Of a DNA stretch of 64,000 nucleotides, positions 1 to 13,353 are shown piece after piece. The position numbers and the translations under genes are program-made. Position 1 is the first letter of the stretch. Each line of letters opens with the position of its first letter. The notes beneath the pieces were generated by a model. The model worked only from the letters and a program-made list of their open reading frames with translations. It did not search any database and was not told the DNA's origin. The DNA is from Chrysomallon squamiferum (Eukaryota; Animalia; Mollusca): positions 33,852,001 through 33,916,000 of the forward strand of contig CM022670.1 of the NCBI GenBank assembly GCA_012295275.1, given 5' to 3'.

Positions 1-134
1 AGTTAAAATTCATATAAATTACTGAATAATTATTACACAAATAAACTTTATAATTTATTAATTTATAAAATACAAAAGTCAAATTCATTACTGTTGCATA
101 TTAATAAAACAATGTTTGAGCCAGGTAAAAGAAA

Positions 135-2713
135 TCATTTCTTTTTATCAACTAATGCTTTCAGTTTGCTTTTGTCAGTGGCAACACAAGTTATTTCATC
201 CAATGCTTTTTCATCCTGCACTATGAATTTAAGAGTATTTCCATCAATACCTCGCTCTTCAATTTTCGTTATGGTTGTTGTATCCATAAATTTCTTGTTT
301 TTCAGTAGATCAATTAGCTGGCTTACTGTTAAGTCAGTCACAACTGAAAGAACATTTGAAGAAAAAATACTGTTTAGTCTGTTATTTTTTTCCACTATAA
401 AAAAATAAATAATATTCACACTAATTATATTTTTGCTGTCCAAAGTAAAAAGAAGTAATGTTCAGACTAATTTTTAAATGTTTTTTAATTCATTGGGTTG
501 GAACAAAAAGGCCTGTAGTGTTTTTTCAATAGGCCACTTTAGACCATGTGATCACATTTCTGACATGACTGGAATATATTCTGAAGTATGAACAAATCAG
601 TATATATGTGACTGAATAAATCTATGTGGAAAACTATATATTGTCTTTGAATTTTAGTTTAAAAATGCTATGAACTTTTATGCCAACCCAATTATTATTA
701 TCATTACAACATGTCTTCAGATTAAGAAACAATCTGTCATTCAATTATGTCAAACTTCGAAAAATGTAAACATACACAAATGCTGATTTTTTAAAACATT
801 ATCCAGTAAAATATTATTAAAATGAATTTATGTATGCATATATTTATTGAAATAAAATAAAATTAAAAAAAACCACACCCGACTGCTTTTCGTGAGCTTT
901 CTGTTGTTTTGCTTCTTCTTTGTCATCACCATATGCTGAAAATCCACAAAATTTTGTTTAAAAGGAACAGATGAAACATCTACTAAATGCCAACAAATAA
1001 AGAGTGATAAAGCTGGAATTTGGAATGAATCAACTGAACTTGTGTGGCATATTTTAATATTACAAATACTCCCTGGTGTTCCCACTGAACTAATTTCCTG
1101 TTCCAGACACTGACAGAATCTGTGATAGGTGGTTTATACCTAAAACTAACTTCCATTATAAAACTTATTTTTCATACACAGATAAAGCCTGTCAGTAATG
1201 GCCACTCAAGGAACCACTCATAAGTGGATGCCATAGAGCTAAAACCCATAATAAAATACAATATGGCTGTTATAGGCAGGAGAAGATGGCCAGGACAAGT
1301 CTGACTGTGTGTGTATGGTTGTATAGGTGTATGTCATATACAGATAGATAGATAAGTATACATCTGAATAATATGAATTTGGCTATTAACTAATCAGTTA
1401 ACTGCAGTAAAACTTTTAAGAATAAAATCATTTAATATTAATAATTAATCAATAAATTTACTTAAAAAACCATCAAAAAAAACAAATTAGTAATGAATGT
1501 TACTGTTAAAACACAGATTAAAACACAGCGCTGGCTTGTCTTTAAAAAGCTCTGGTTTGTACATTCCTGTCAAGTGGGAAGACACATGTAAAATATCCCT
1601 TGCTGAAAATCATTAAAAGCATGTTATTGATTAAAGATGCAACCATTTATTCAATAGAAATAATGTTCAAACCTATAATAATTGTATTGTTGGAACATTG
1701 ACCTCCTGCAGCAACCACTCCCTTACAATTGATTAATGTCGTTACTCTTTTACCAGTGTCCTCTCCAGCATCACATACCGGTCCTTCTTCTACATTAATA
1801 TTAAATAATTTATTAATGAAAGGATATAAATGAAGGGATATAAATGAAAGTATGTATTGGTTCACTAAAGACAACAAAATAAAAGATGTTACCTTTTTTT
1901 TTTGGATTATATCTCCAACAGAGTTAACAAAGCTTTTCTTTTTTAAATAAGAGTGATAAGATACTGAAATAATCCCAGTGGAATAAATGATTTTGTAATA
2001 TAATAAACTTAATGTTGACCTTCACTTCAATGACCCACGAACTAAACTCAGTAATTTCAGTTAATGTTTTATGTCAAAGTGTTCAAGTAGATGTTAGAAA
2101 AAGGAAGAACTCAAGGAGAAAAAGCTAGCCAAAAGAAGAAGAAGCAAACCAAGCTGGAAGAGCTGACTCCAGACTTCAAGCCATGACTCAAGAGTCCTAG
2201 CAACAGATTTTTTAAATACGTGATAATCTTGAAAAGAATTAAGATTTTCAAAATTTAAGGACATATAAATATCTGTATTGTGTCGACTATGTGGATAGTG
2301 CTTTTAATTTCATAATAATAAATTAAGTTTAAAAATGAATGAAAATACCCGTACTTTTAAAATATATAATTGTATTTTTTATTTGCTTTTCTTTTGAAAT
2401 AGTGTTTTGTCTATTATTTTTTCCCAGGATATAACAATAAATAATATTCAGACTAATTATATTTTTGCAGCGTAAATTAAAAACAAATAATGATCAGACT
2501 AAATTTTAAATGTTTTTTTAATTTATCAGATTGGAACAAAAAGACTGTAATGTTATTTTACAATAGGTGGCTTTGGAGTATGTGATTAAATTTCAGACAT
2601 GACTGGAATATATTCTGAAAAATGAACACATATGTGGTTGAATAAATCTGTGTGCAAAACTATATATTGTTCTTCAGTTAAAAACAATTTTAAAATGTTT
2701 AGTTCCAACCCAA

Positions 2714-2757
<44 letters not shown>

Positions 2758-3656
2758 TAATTTTTTTTTGTTTTATTTTTTATATACATTATTTAAGAAA
2801 ACTGATGTTCAAATTAATTTTGTTTTAATATTACAAGCTGTAAGTATAACCTTGCTCCAGATAAAGTGAACAAAACAATCTGTCATTTAATTATGTCAGA
2901 CAATAACAAACTTCAAGAAAAGTAAACATACAGATGTGTTTGTTTTTCAAAACATTACCGAGTAAACTTTATTAAAATGATTTTATGTGTGCCTATGATT
3001 TTTTAAATAAAGTAAAATTTAAAAACACACACACCCGATTGTTTTTCGTCAGCTTTCTCTTGCTGTGCGTCTCCTTGAGAGATTCCAGCATTCTGTTTCT
3101 TCTTGGATTTAAAATCACTCTGTACTCTGTCACCATCATCCTCTGAAAATCCATAAAATCTTGTTTAAAAGGAACAGATAAAAACATTTAATAAATGCCA
3201 ACAAACAAAGAGTGATAAAACTGGAATTCGGAATGAATAGACAGAATTTGTGTGGCATAATTAAATATGACAAATACTCCTTGGTGCTCTCACTGGAGTA
3301 ATTTCCTGTTCCAGACCCTGACAGAATTTGTGGTAGGTGGCTTATACCTAAAACTAACTACCATTATAAAACTTATTTTTCATACACAGATCAAGCCTGT
3401 CAGTGATGGCCACTCAAGGAAGTACTTTGAAAATACATAATGGTATTGTTCATTTTGAAATACTGTTTAGTCTAATATATTTTTCCAGTATAAAATAGTA
3501 AATAACATTCAGACTAATAATTATTTTTGCAGTGTAAATTAAAAACAAATAATGTTCAGACTAATTTTTAAATTTTTTAATTTATCAGGTTGGATCAAAA
3601 AATTCTTCAGTGTCTTTTTTCAACAGGTCTCTTTGCAGTGGAATATATTCTGGAAA

Positions 3657-3692
<36 letters not shown>

Positions 3693-5972
3693 TGATCTAA
3701 ACTAAGAAAGACAAATAATTTCCAAATTAAAGCTGTAATTACAATCTTGCTCCAGATTAAAAAAGAAAACAATCTGACATTAAAATATGTCAGAAAATAA
3801 CAAACTTCCAAAGGAACAAAAACATACAGATATGTTTATTTTTAAAACATTATCAAGTAAAATATTATTAAAATGAATTTATGTGTGTCTATAATTATTT
3901 AAATAAAATAAAATTTAAAAAACCCACGCGACTGCTTTTCCTCAGCTTTTTGTAGCTTTGCTTCTCTGTCACCACCAGGTTCTGAAAATCCATAAAATCT
4001 TGTTTAAAAGGAACAGATGAAATATTTACTAAATGTAAAGAAACCAAGATTGAGAAACCAAGATTGGAATTTGGAATGAATCAACTGAATTTGTGTGGCA
4101 TATTTTAAATTACAAATACTCCTTGATGCTCCTACTGGACTAATTTCCTGTTCCAGACACTGACATAATCTGTGGTAGGAGGTTTATACCTAAAACTAAC
4201 TTCCATTATAAAACTTTTTTTCATACACAGATCAAGCCCGTTTTAGTCTAAGCTATAAAATAAAACAAACTTTATTTAAATATTTGCCTAAAATATATAT
4301 ATTTCATAAATCATCAATTTTAATTTCAATATTATACACACAGTTAAAATTCATATAAATTACTGAATAAACGTTAAACAAATAAATGCTGATAACCTTT
4401 ATAATTATTTAAATGGCCACTCAAGGAACACTTAGAACTGGATAGCATAGAGTTAAATCCCATAATAGAATACAATATGGCTGTTATAGGCAGGAGGCTG
4501 CCAGACAGAGGTTGCCATGAAAGCAATTCTTATTGTGTGTGTGTGTCTGTGTGTATGTGTCTGTGTGTATACATAAGTATACATGCAAATACTGTAAATT
4601 TGGATTTCAATTAATTACATGCATTTAATTCATTCGTTATCGTGTCTCCAGCATCACATGTCATTGTTTCAGCTATATTGCCATTAAATAATGTAATAAA
4701 TGAATATAAATGCAACTATATAGTTCTTCAGCCAAAGACCACAACATAAAAGATGTTACCTTCTTTGTATTATATCTCAAAAGCAATTAACAAAGCTTTT
4801 CTTCTTTCTTTTTTTTTCTTTTTTCTATTTTTTCTTTTTTAAATAAGACTGGAAAAACACTGAAATAATCCCAATGGAAAAAATGATTTTCTAATTCAAT
4901 AAACTTAATGTTGAACTTCATTTCACTGACCCACAAACTAAAGTGAATAATTTCAGTTAATGTTTTATTTCATATGGCATAAATTTGATACGGGTGAATC
5001 AAGGTAAAATACACACTTATTTAGAAAAGCTTGTACAATAAATACTTCAAATTAAGAAACTTTTATTACTTTCTCCTATATAAATATGTGTGACAAAATT
5101 ATCTGCTGTTTCAATTTCCTGTTCTGCTTTGTAATCTTCCTTCTTAGTTTCATCAGCGTAATGTTCTGATATGACCATATTTGGTTAATCTTTTACATTT
5201 TTATTAATCTGGCCTAGAAGAAAATAAATATATCTTCTTTTTCTGAATGTAGCTCATAATATAAACTATGCATAAATTGAAAAAAAAAAAAAATGAACAA
5301 CTTGAAAACAAAGTATTAAATACAGACTGTATTATTTTTACTTGTTTCACATTGTTCCTCTAACTTATTTGACTGATCAGTGCAGGGTTGTGCTTGATCA
5401 TCATCTTTCTCAGCTTCTTCAGGAAGAGATATATGGCTGAAAGCAGTTGGTGTAACCACATTTGATGATCCACCCATATTTTGTGCTAGAACCAGATTGA
5501 ACAAAATTGAATTATGTTTTAGTCTTGGTATCACACACACACACGCAAACAAACACATATACACACATATACATACATACACCAATGGTTCATCACTTTG
5601 TAATAACAGGGGAAAAGATTTAAATGAGGTTTAAACCTTTTCGTTTGAAAAAAGAATTTTTATTATTATTACGATACACGATAAAAACAAACAAAATAAA
5701 TATATAAATAAAAAACCCAAACCCCCCAAAACTATCATTGTTAATACTGTATAAATATTTTGTAGAGACATAAATGAATTAATAAATAAATAAAAACAAA
5801 AACAAAAAACAAAGAAACCAAACTATCATTGTTTATTCTGTATAAATATTTTGTACAAACATACATGAATTAATTAATAAATAACAAACAAACAAAATAA
5901 TAAATTCAATTTATTTGACTTACTTTCTTGAACCCCAGTTAATTTACTCATGTCTTTCTGTTCTGGCTCCAT
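135..5972 (-). CDS. Copy A: rearranged paralog, RHIM-like + SAM-like; open only if two damaged exons are skipped
   Basis: The open path is 5972-5924, 5485-5342, 3981-3928, 3142-3035, 1789-1673 (…KRVTTLINCKGVVAAGGQCSNNTIII), 935-879 and 343-135 (SAM, TGA). Exon 3 (5213-5076) has an in-frame TAA and GA instead of GT at the donor. A truncated exon 4 (4672-4619) would create a stop at its junction. Confidence 0.58.
400..3425 (-). repeat. Inverted copy of ~58080-61100
   Basis: Reverse complement matches copy H introns almost base for base (ORFs 1647/59626, 2993/58319, 828/60418). Confidence 0.9.
2718..2757. repeat. (TAT)n microsatellite
   Basis: Direct reading; homologs with different repeat counts at ~23950, 26012, 58747 and 63657. 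Confidence 0.95.
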
Positions 5973-6253
5973 CTAGTATGTGTCGTTAGTTCGTTTTTAT
6001 ATTTTTCTCTTTGAAAATAAACAGTTCATTTAAATATGTCAATTATCTGACTTGCCAGTTTTGCCAGTGATATGTTTCCTGCAATGTAGAAATAAAAAAA
6101 AATCACATTTCACCTAATGTCATCCATTTTGTTTAAAAATACTATTTATACTCATACCTTAAATTCTCCATTTACACTCAATTAGGCTTGCATAATTCTT
6201 TATCTCTATCTTTATTAAAACGTGTATTTCAGTTGAACTTGCTGTTAAGTTTA

Positions 6254-6258
<5 letters not shown>

Positions 6259-6289
<31 letters not shown>
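6259..6289. repeat. (TG)n microsatellite
   Basis: Direct reading. Confidence 0.95.
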
Positions 6290-6292
<3 letters not shown>

Positions 6293-8993
6293 TTTCAATT
6301 TAGGTATTTTTGTCTCTGTTGCTGCTTTTTTCTAAAGTAAGGAAATTTGTTAACAATCATATTTTAAATTTAAGAAAATACAATATGACAGCTTTGGAGA
6401 ACTTTACACTGTGAAATTATGGCTAAAATATTCTGTCAAGAAAACAAACCTAAATATATGAATATTTTCAAAATATTCAGTCTTAAAATTAATGTAAAAA
6501 TGTACATAATTTAAGAAAATAATAATAATTTTAAAAAATCATGAAGAAAGTGTTTATTTAACTATGTGTATTCTCCACTGACTTTTAAAATTTGATTAGG
6601 TGTAATCTGATGAAATGACTTGTATTTGATTCTAACTGGTTCACATTTTCTTCAAAAATATCTCTTTCACATGGTCTCACAAAGTTATCAGACTTGGTTT
6701 CAGTTTTTAAAAAAACTGAGTAAATACAAAAATATTTTATTCATATTACCAATTAAACAGGATGAGCACCAAGTGGAAATTAATTTGAACATGGTATATA
6801 ATCCCCTACCATTAAACAAAATATAGGAAATGTCACCTTCAACAATATTCTTCAGATTAAATTTCATTCCTTGAAACATTCGTATATTCAAACAAAATAT
6901 TACCTCAGTTTATTGATTTATTCACACCATTAGCATTTATTTATTAATATCTGAAATAATTCAATACGTTATATATAATTATTTATGTTTTGCAGCATCA
7001 TTTTGATTAAATCTTTGCACCGCTAAATGAAATAAGAAATGAGAATCTGATTGGCATTGCTCCAAATATTTTGCAACAATATTTAAAGTTAATATCTCTT
7101 TTACGTGTATAAATAATATGGTAATATCAATACAAAAAATGAATGGGGAAATTATATAAATAGATCGAGTACATCGAAATTGTTCAAGTAATCGCTAACA
7201 TAGATACATATAACAATGTCTAATGAGTTGTTTGTTCTCCTTTGTTCTTGTCAGAAGAGATATAAAACAGACTTAGCTCACTTTGGCTTGTCAGATCAAT
7301 CACTTATTTCACATCTTTTCTTCATAGGAAAGAATATGAAAGTGAAAAAGTTTCTAGTTTCAGTTTAATATTATTTTTGGAAACCAACATCACGGAAAAG
7401 AACGAATAAATTACTCGGAGGTTTTCGCAGAAACTGTAAATGGTGCTTTATTTAGATTCCTGTGTTAAATGTAATGTCCTTTCATATTTTTAGGCAGTTT
7501 TTTTCTGATCATCAATTAAATAATTAATAAACTGTTTAATTTAAATTAGTGTTTACATTAATAAATTGTTTTGATTTTACTTATTTTTATTTTTAATATT
7601 TATTAAAAGATAATGGTAAAAAAAAACTGTAACTGATTAAATTTTTGGCAAATGTACGACAGTTAGCAGCAAGAAATATTTTGTGTGCAACTGATAGTTT
7701 TTATGCATTTGTTCAGAAGTAACAAAAAGGGTAACAGTTTTAGAATAAGACCTAAAGAAATTAGCCTATATCATCGGTTCTCATTAGTGGGCTTAATTAG
7801 TAAATTAATATGAACATTAAAATGAACATTTCCGAGCAAACCTTAGTTAAAATTAAGGAATTATAAACTTATTTAAAATCACCATAATATCAGATGAACC
7901 TTGTCAATTTGAAGAATTAACCCAGATTACATCCTTAGAGAAACAAGATCTGGAACAATTGTAGAGAGATCATGTAAAAACACTGAGCAAAGAATTAAAT
8001 TTTTAAAATTATTTTTCTTTACTAATTTTATTATCGGACAGAGATGGAAACAACAACAAAAACAAACAAAATAGCTACGAAAAAGTAAAACATATTTATT
8101 AACCAATAAGTAAATAAGTACAAAAAAAGAAAAGATAAAAAGAAGATAAAAATAAACCCAAATAAACCACCTCACAAACAATAAGATATCACAACCACTA
8201 TAGAAAGACAAGACAGGTTAAGCTATCAATAAAATTACATAAATAAAATGTGAGTTTAAAGACAAAAATTGGTGCAGATAGTGTTTTTCTTGCAGAAACA
8301 ACTTGGTTGTCTTCTTTTGTTTATACAGGTTCAATTCTTGCGATTGTGGATTCAGTTGCTGAAAAAAATAAAATAATAAAAATAAAATCTCCATTGTCGT
8401 TTTTAGCCTAAAATGCAAATTTCTCACTGAACTTTTACAAATACAATTATAACTTAATAATAGGTTTTCCATTATATTCTCTCTATTTTAATATAATGTC
8501 ATTTTTACTTGACTCAGCCACATGGAATCAAATGATAATAAATATTACTGAGCGTAAACATTTTAAATGGTAGAAAAAAAACCTATTAAATAATATTAAT
8601 AAAAAAGGAACAAAATAAAATAAAATAAAAATAAAAAAGTAAAAATAAGCCATAGTATAAAAGAAAACATGGTTCTTAAATGGTGTTGGTCAATCTTGTT
8701 GTGTGTATATCATGAAAACAAACAAAAATCTGAGATTACAATCACAGCACAAATATTCAGCACAGAGAAAAAAAAAATAAAAAAATTACCTGCCTCTTTA
8801 CTGAGCTATTTTATAAACCCATTGGTACTCACAATCGCTTCATTTTCTCCACTGCTACTATCAATTTTAAATCTTCACAGCTGTTGCAATTTGAAGCTGT
8901 TGTTTGGCCTTCTGTAACATTATGAAATAGACATACATTTTCATCTGTTACGTGGTTGTCACCATCTGGAGTTTGTCGATGAGCATTTCTTTC

Positions 8994-8996
<3 letters not shown>

Positions 8997-9058
<62 letters not shown>

Positions 9059-9077
9059 TTATTTATTTATTTATTTA
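8997..9077. repeat. (AT)n followed by (ATTT)n microsatellite
   Basis: Direct reading; shorter inverted homolog at ~45127-45168. Confidence 0.95.
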
Positions 9078-9771
9078 TATATTGTAATTTTATTAAAATG
9101 AGAGATTTTTGTATTAAACATCAATAAAAGGATAAAAAACAAACATTTTTCCATTAAATATACTATAAAAGAAAATAAGACAATCGTGTATTATGTCCTA
9201 GACAGAAATTGTTACTGTAAATATATATTAAGTGTCAGTCTTTGTTTTAGTCAAAGCTATAAAAAAAAATATACATTATTTAAATACTTGCCTTTTGTAA
9301 CATTATAAAATATATAGTTAAAAAAAATATCAATTTTAATTTTTAATATTATGCACTCAGTTATAATTCATATGAATTGCTGAACAAAAATTATAAACTT
9401 TATAACTTATTTATTTATAAAGTAAAAATGTTAAATACATTATTGTTGCATATTAATAAAACAAAAATAACTTAAAAATTAAAGAAAGAGAGAAACAAAA
9501 ATGATATTTACAACAGAATGAAATAAAGTAAAACTAACATTTAAAGCAAAAAGTAATAAAATGTTTACAAAAACACACATTTATTAAGAAATGGAATAAT
9601 ATATTAATAGATAAAGTCTTTTGGGTTATTTCAAAGTTTCAACCAGGTATTTCCTGATTAAATATTTATCCGCTGTTCAAAGCTTGGTAGATAAATTGTT
9701 TCTTTCCAAATACATGTACATATCACATAATGGTAAAAAAAAAAATAATAATAATAATAAAATAAAAAAAA

Positions 9772-11027
9772 TTATTTCTTTTTATTGACTAATGCTTTTA
9801 GTTTGCTTTTGTCAATGGCATCACAAGTTATTTCACTCAGTGCTTTTTCATTCTGCACTATGTGTTTCAGAGTATTTCCATCAATATCTCTCTCTTCAAT
9901 TTTCGTTATGGTTGTATCCATAAATTTATCGTTTTTCAGTAGATCAGTTAGCTGGCTTACTGTTAGATCAGACACAACTGAAAGAAAATTTGAAGAAAAA
10001 TATTGTTTAGTCTGTTTTTTTGTTGTTGTTGTTTTTTCAATTATAAAACTATAAATAATATTCAGACTAATTACATTTTTGCAGTGTAAATTAAACACAA
10101 ATAATGTTCAAACTAGTTTTTAAATGTTTATTAATTTATCAGGTTCGACTGTAATTTGTTTCTCCTTTTTTTTCTTTTTTTTTGCAACAGGTGGGTTTCG
10201 AGTTCTGATTACATTTCAGACATAACTGAATAGTGCCTTTGAATTTTAGTTAAAATATGTTATACATTTTTGTTCCAACCCAATATTTATTAACGTTATT
10301 ATTTTATTATTATTTTTTTAATATTTTTTCTTTATGAACTATGAAAGACAAATAATGTTCAAATTAATTTTATTTTAATTTTATTACAAGCTTTCTCCAG
10401 ATTAAAAAGGAAAACAATCTGTCATTTAATCATGTCAGAAAATAACAAACTTCCAAAAGAAATAAACATACAGATGTGTTTATTTTTTAAAAACCTAATC
10501 CAGTAAAATATTATTCAAATGGATTTATGTATGCCTATAATTAATTAAATAAGATTGAATTAAAAAATTCACCTAACTGCTTTTCATCAGCTTTCTTTTT
10601 CTTCTTGGATTTAAGAATACTCGATTTTCTGTCATCACCATATTCTGAAAATACACAAAATATTGTTTAAAAGGAACAGATAAAACATTTACTAAATGCC
10701 AACAAACAAAGAGTGATAAAGCTGGAATTCGGAATGAATCAACTGAATTTGTGTGGCATATTTTAATTTACAAATACTCCTTGGTGCTCTCCCCGGCCTA
10801 ATTTCCTGTTCCAGAACCTGACAGAATCTGTGGTAGGTAGCTTATACCTAAAACGAACTACCATTATAAAACTTATTTTTCATACACAGATCAAGCCTGT
10901 CAGTGACAGCCACTCAAGGAACCACCCAGAACTTGATGGCACAGAGTTCAAACCCATAATAAAATACAATATGGCTGTTATAGGCAGGAAGCTGTCAGAC
11001 AGAGGTAGCCATGAAACCAATTCTTAT

Positions 11028-11058
<31 letters not shown>

Positions 11059-12774
11059 GTGTGTGTGTGTTACACAAAAGTTAGATAAGTATACACGTGA
11101 ATACTGTAAATTTCATTTTGAATGAATTAATTGACTGCATTAAACCTTTTAAGAAGTAAATCATTTAGTATTAATAATTATTGAAAATATTTACTTAAAA
11201 CAGGAAACAGCAATTCAACAAATTACTAATAAATCTTACCGTTAAGGCAGTAAAATAGTTTATTGATTAAATATGCAACTATTCATTTAATAGAAATTAT
11301 GTTCAAACCTATATTATTTTGTACAGTAATTGTATTGTTGACAATGTCACCGCCTGCTATAATCGCTCCAACAGCTCCATCACAACCGTGTGGTCTATTT
11401 TCTTCAGTGTCTCCTGCGTCACATCTCGTTCTTTCATCTATATTAATATTAAATAATTTATTAATAATGTAATAAATGAAAGGGTATAAAATAAAGTATA
11501 TATTGGTTCACCAAAGACCACAAAATAAAAGGTGCTATCTTCTTTGTATTATATCTCAAAAGCAATTAACAAACCTTTTCTTTTTCCTATTTCTTTTTTT
11601 TAATTCTTTTTTCAATTTCTTAAATAAGAGTGGTAAGACACTGTAGTAATCCCAGGAGAATGAATGATCTTGTAATTCAGTAAATTTAATGATGACCTTT
11701 AGTTCAGTGACCCAGAAATAAAACTCAGTAATTTCAGTTATAGTTTTATGTCAAAGAGTTCAAGTAGAGGTTACAAAAGAAAGATCCAAGGAGAAGAAGC
11801 AAACCAAGCTGGAAGTCAGTAATTTCAGTTAATGTTTTATATCTAAAATTGTTTTCCAGCATATGGTAATGAAGACTTGTTAATATTGCAGAATTCTCAC
11901 ATAAATTTTAAATGGGTAAATCAAAGTAAAATACACACTTAATTAAACAAGCTTGTATCAATTTTTTTTAATAAATTTCTCATTTATCATTAATTTTACT
12001 AAATTATCTGCTGCTACAATTTCCAGTTCTGTTTTATCATCTTCCTTCTTAGTTTCATCAGCATAATGTTCTGATGTGACCACATTTGGTGAACCGTTTT
12101 ATATTTTGACTAATCTAAACTAGAAGAAACCAAATATTTTTCTTTTCTGACTATGATTCATAACAAAAACTTTGTGTAAATTGAAAAGAGTAAAAAAAAC
12201 AAAAACAAAAAAAACCCCTTGGAAACAAATGATTAAAAACATTTATTGTATTATTTACACCTGTTTCTCTTTGATCCTCTAATTCATTTGCTTTATTAGT
12301 ATAGGGTTGTGCTAGATCAACTTCTTTCTCAGCTTCTTCAGTAAAATCTATTTGTGCTACGACCAGAATAGAACTGAATTATCTTTTAGTCTTGGTATCA
12401 CACACACACACACACACACATATAATCAAACAACATCAACAACAAAAAGAAAGAAATAAGTCAGAAAAAATAACGAAAACCAAACAAAACCCCAAAACAA
12501 CAAACCACGCAGATGATTTTAGAAAAGACAGTGACATACACAATAGAGTATTTACAATTTTTATTATTTTTTATTATTATTTAAGGATGCTTCATAAAAA
12601 CTCAAGAAATATGTTTAAAATCTATCATTATTAATTCTGCATAAATATTATGTGAAAACATAACAAAAATAAAAAATAATAAAATAATAATAATTACTAT
12701 TATAATATTAATTTATTTTGCTTACTTTCTTGAACCCCAGACATTTCATTCTTTTCTTTGTGTTCTGGCTCCAT
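9772..12774 (-). CDS. Copy B: 5-exon paralog or allele of F, 183 aa, RHIM-like + SAM-like
   Basis: Minus-strand exons are 12774-12726, 12356-12261, 11437-11309, 10644-10573 and 9977-9772; 552 nt open. The exon 3 homolog (~11980-12119) has an early TAG, a frameshift and a lost donor, so it is assumed skipped. Confidence 0.78.
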
Positions 12775-13253
12775 GTAGGTTTATAATTTTTCCTTTTCAA
12801 AATAAACAGTTCATTTAAATGTGTTAAAGACAATTTTCTGACTTGCCAGTTTTGCCAATTATATGTTTTCTGCAATGTAGGAATAAAGAAATAACACATT
12901 CCACCAAATGCCTTCCATTTCGTTTAAAAATACTATTTATACTCTTACTTTAAATTCTCCATTTACAGCCATTTAGGTTCGGATAATTCTTAATCTCTAT
13001 CTTTATTAAAAGTTATATATTTTCGTTTTCGTTATATTTTATACATTTTTGTTTCTGTTGCTGCTTTTTTCTAAAGTCAGTAAATTTGTTAACAGTCAAA
13101 GTTTTAATTTAACAAAATACAGTATGACATCTTTGGAGAACTATACATTATGAAATTATGGCTAAAACATCCAGTCAAAAAAACAACAACAAAAATATAT
13201 GAATATTTTAAAAATATTCAGACTAAATGTTAATGTAATAATGTACATAATAT

Positions 13254-13271
13254 TAATTAATTAATTAATTA

Positions 13272-13330
<59 letters not shown>

Positions 13331-13353
13331 TAATAATAATAACAATAACAATA
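13254..13353. repeat. (TAAT)n/(AAT)n compound microsatellite
   Basis: Direct reading; inverted homologs at ~31965, 36525 and 41082. Confidence 0.93.

Noticed and set aside
94-408. ORFs antisense to the SAM exon (94+, 9785+, 28201-, 32765-, 37329-, 44191-, 51050-)
   Set aside because: These are shadow frames of the SAM exon. The opposite strand has the splice acceptor, the domain pattern and the stop.
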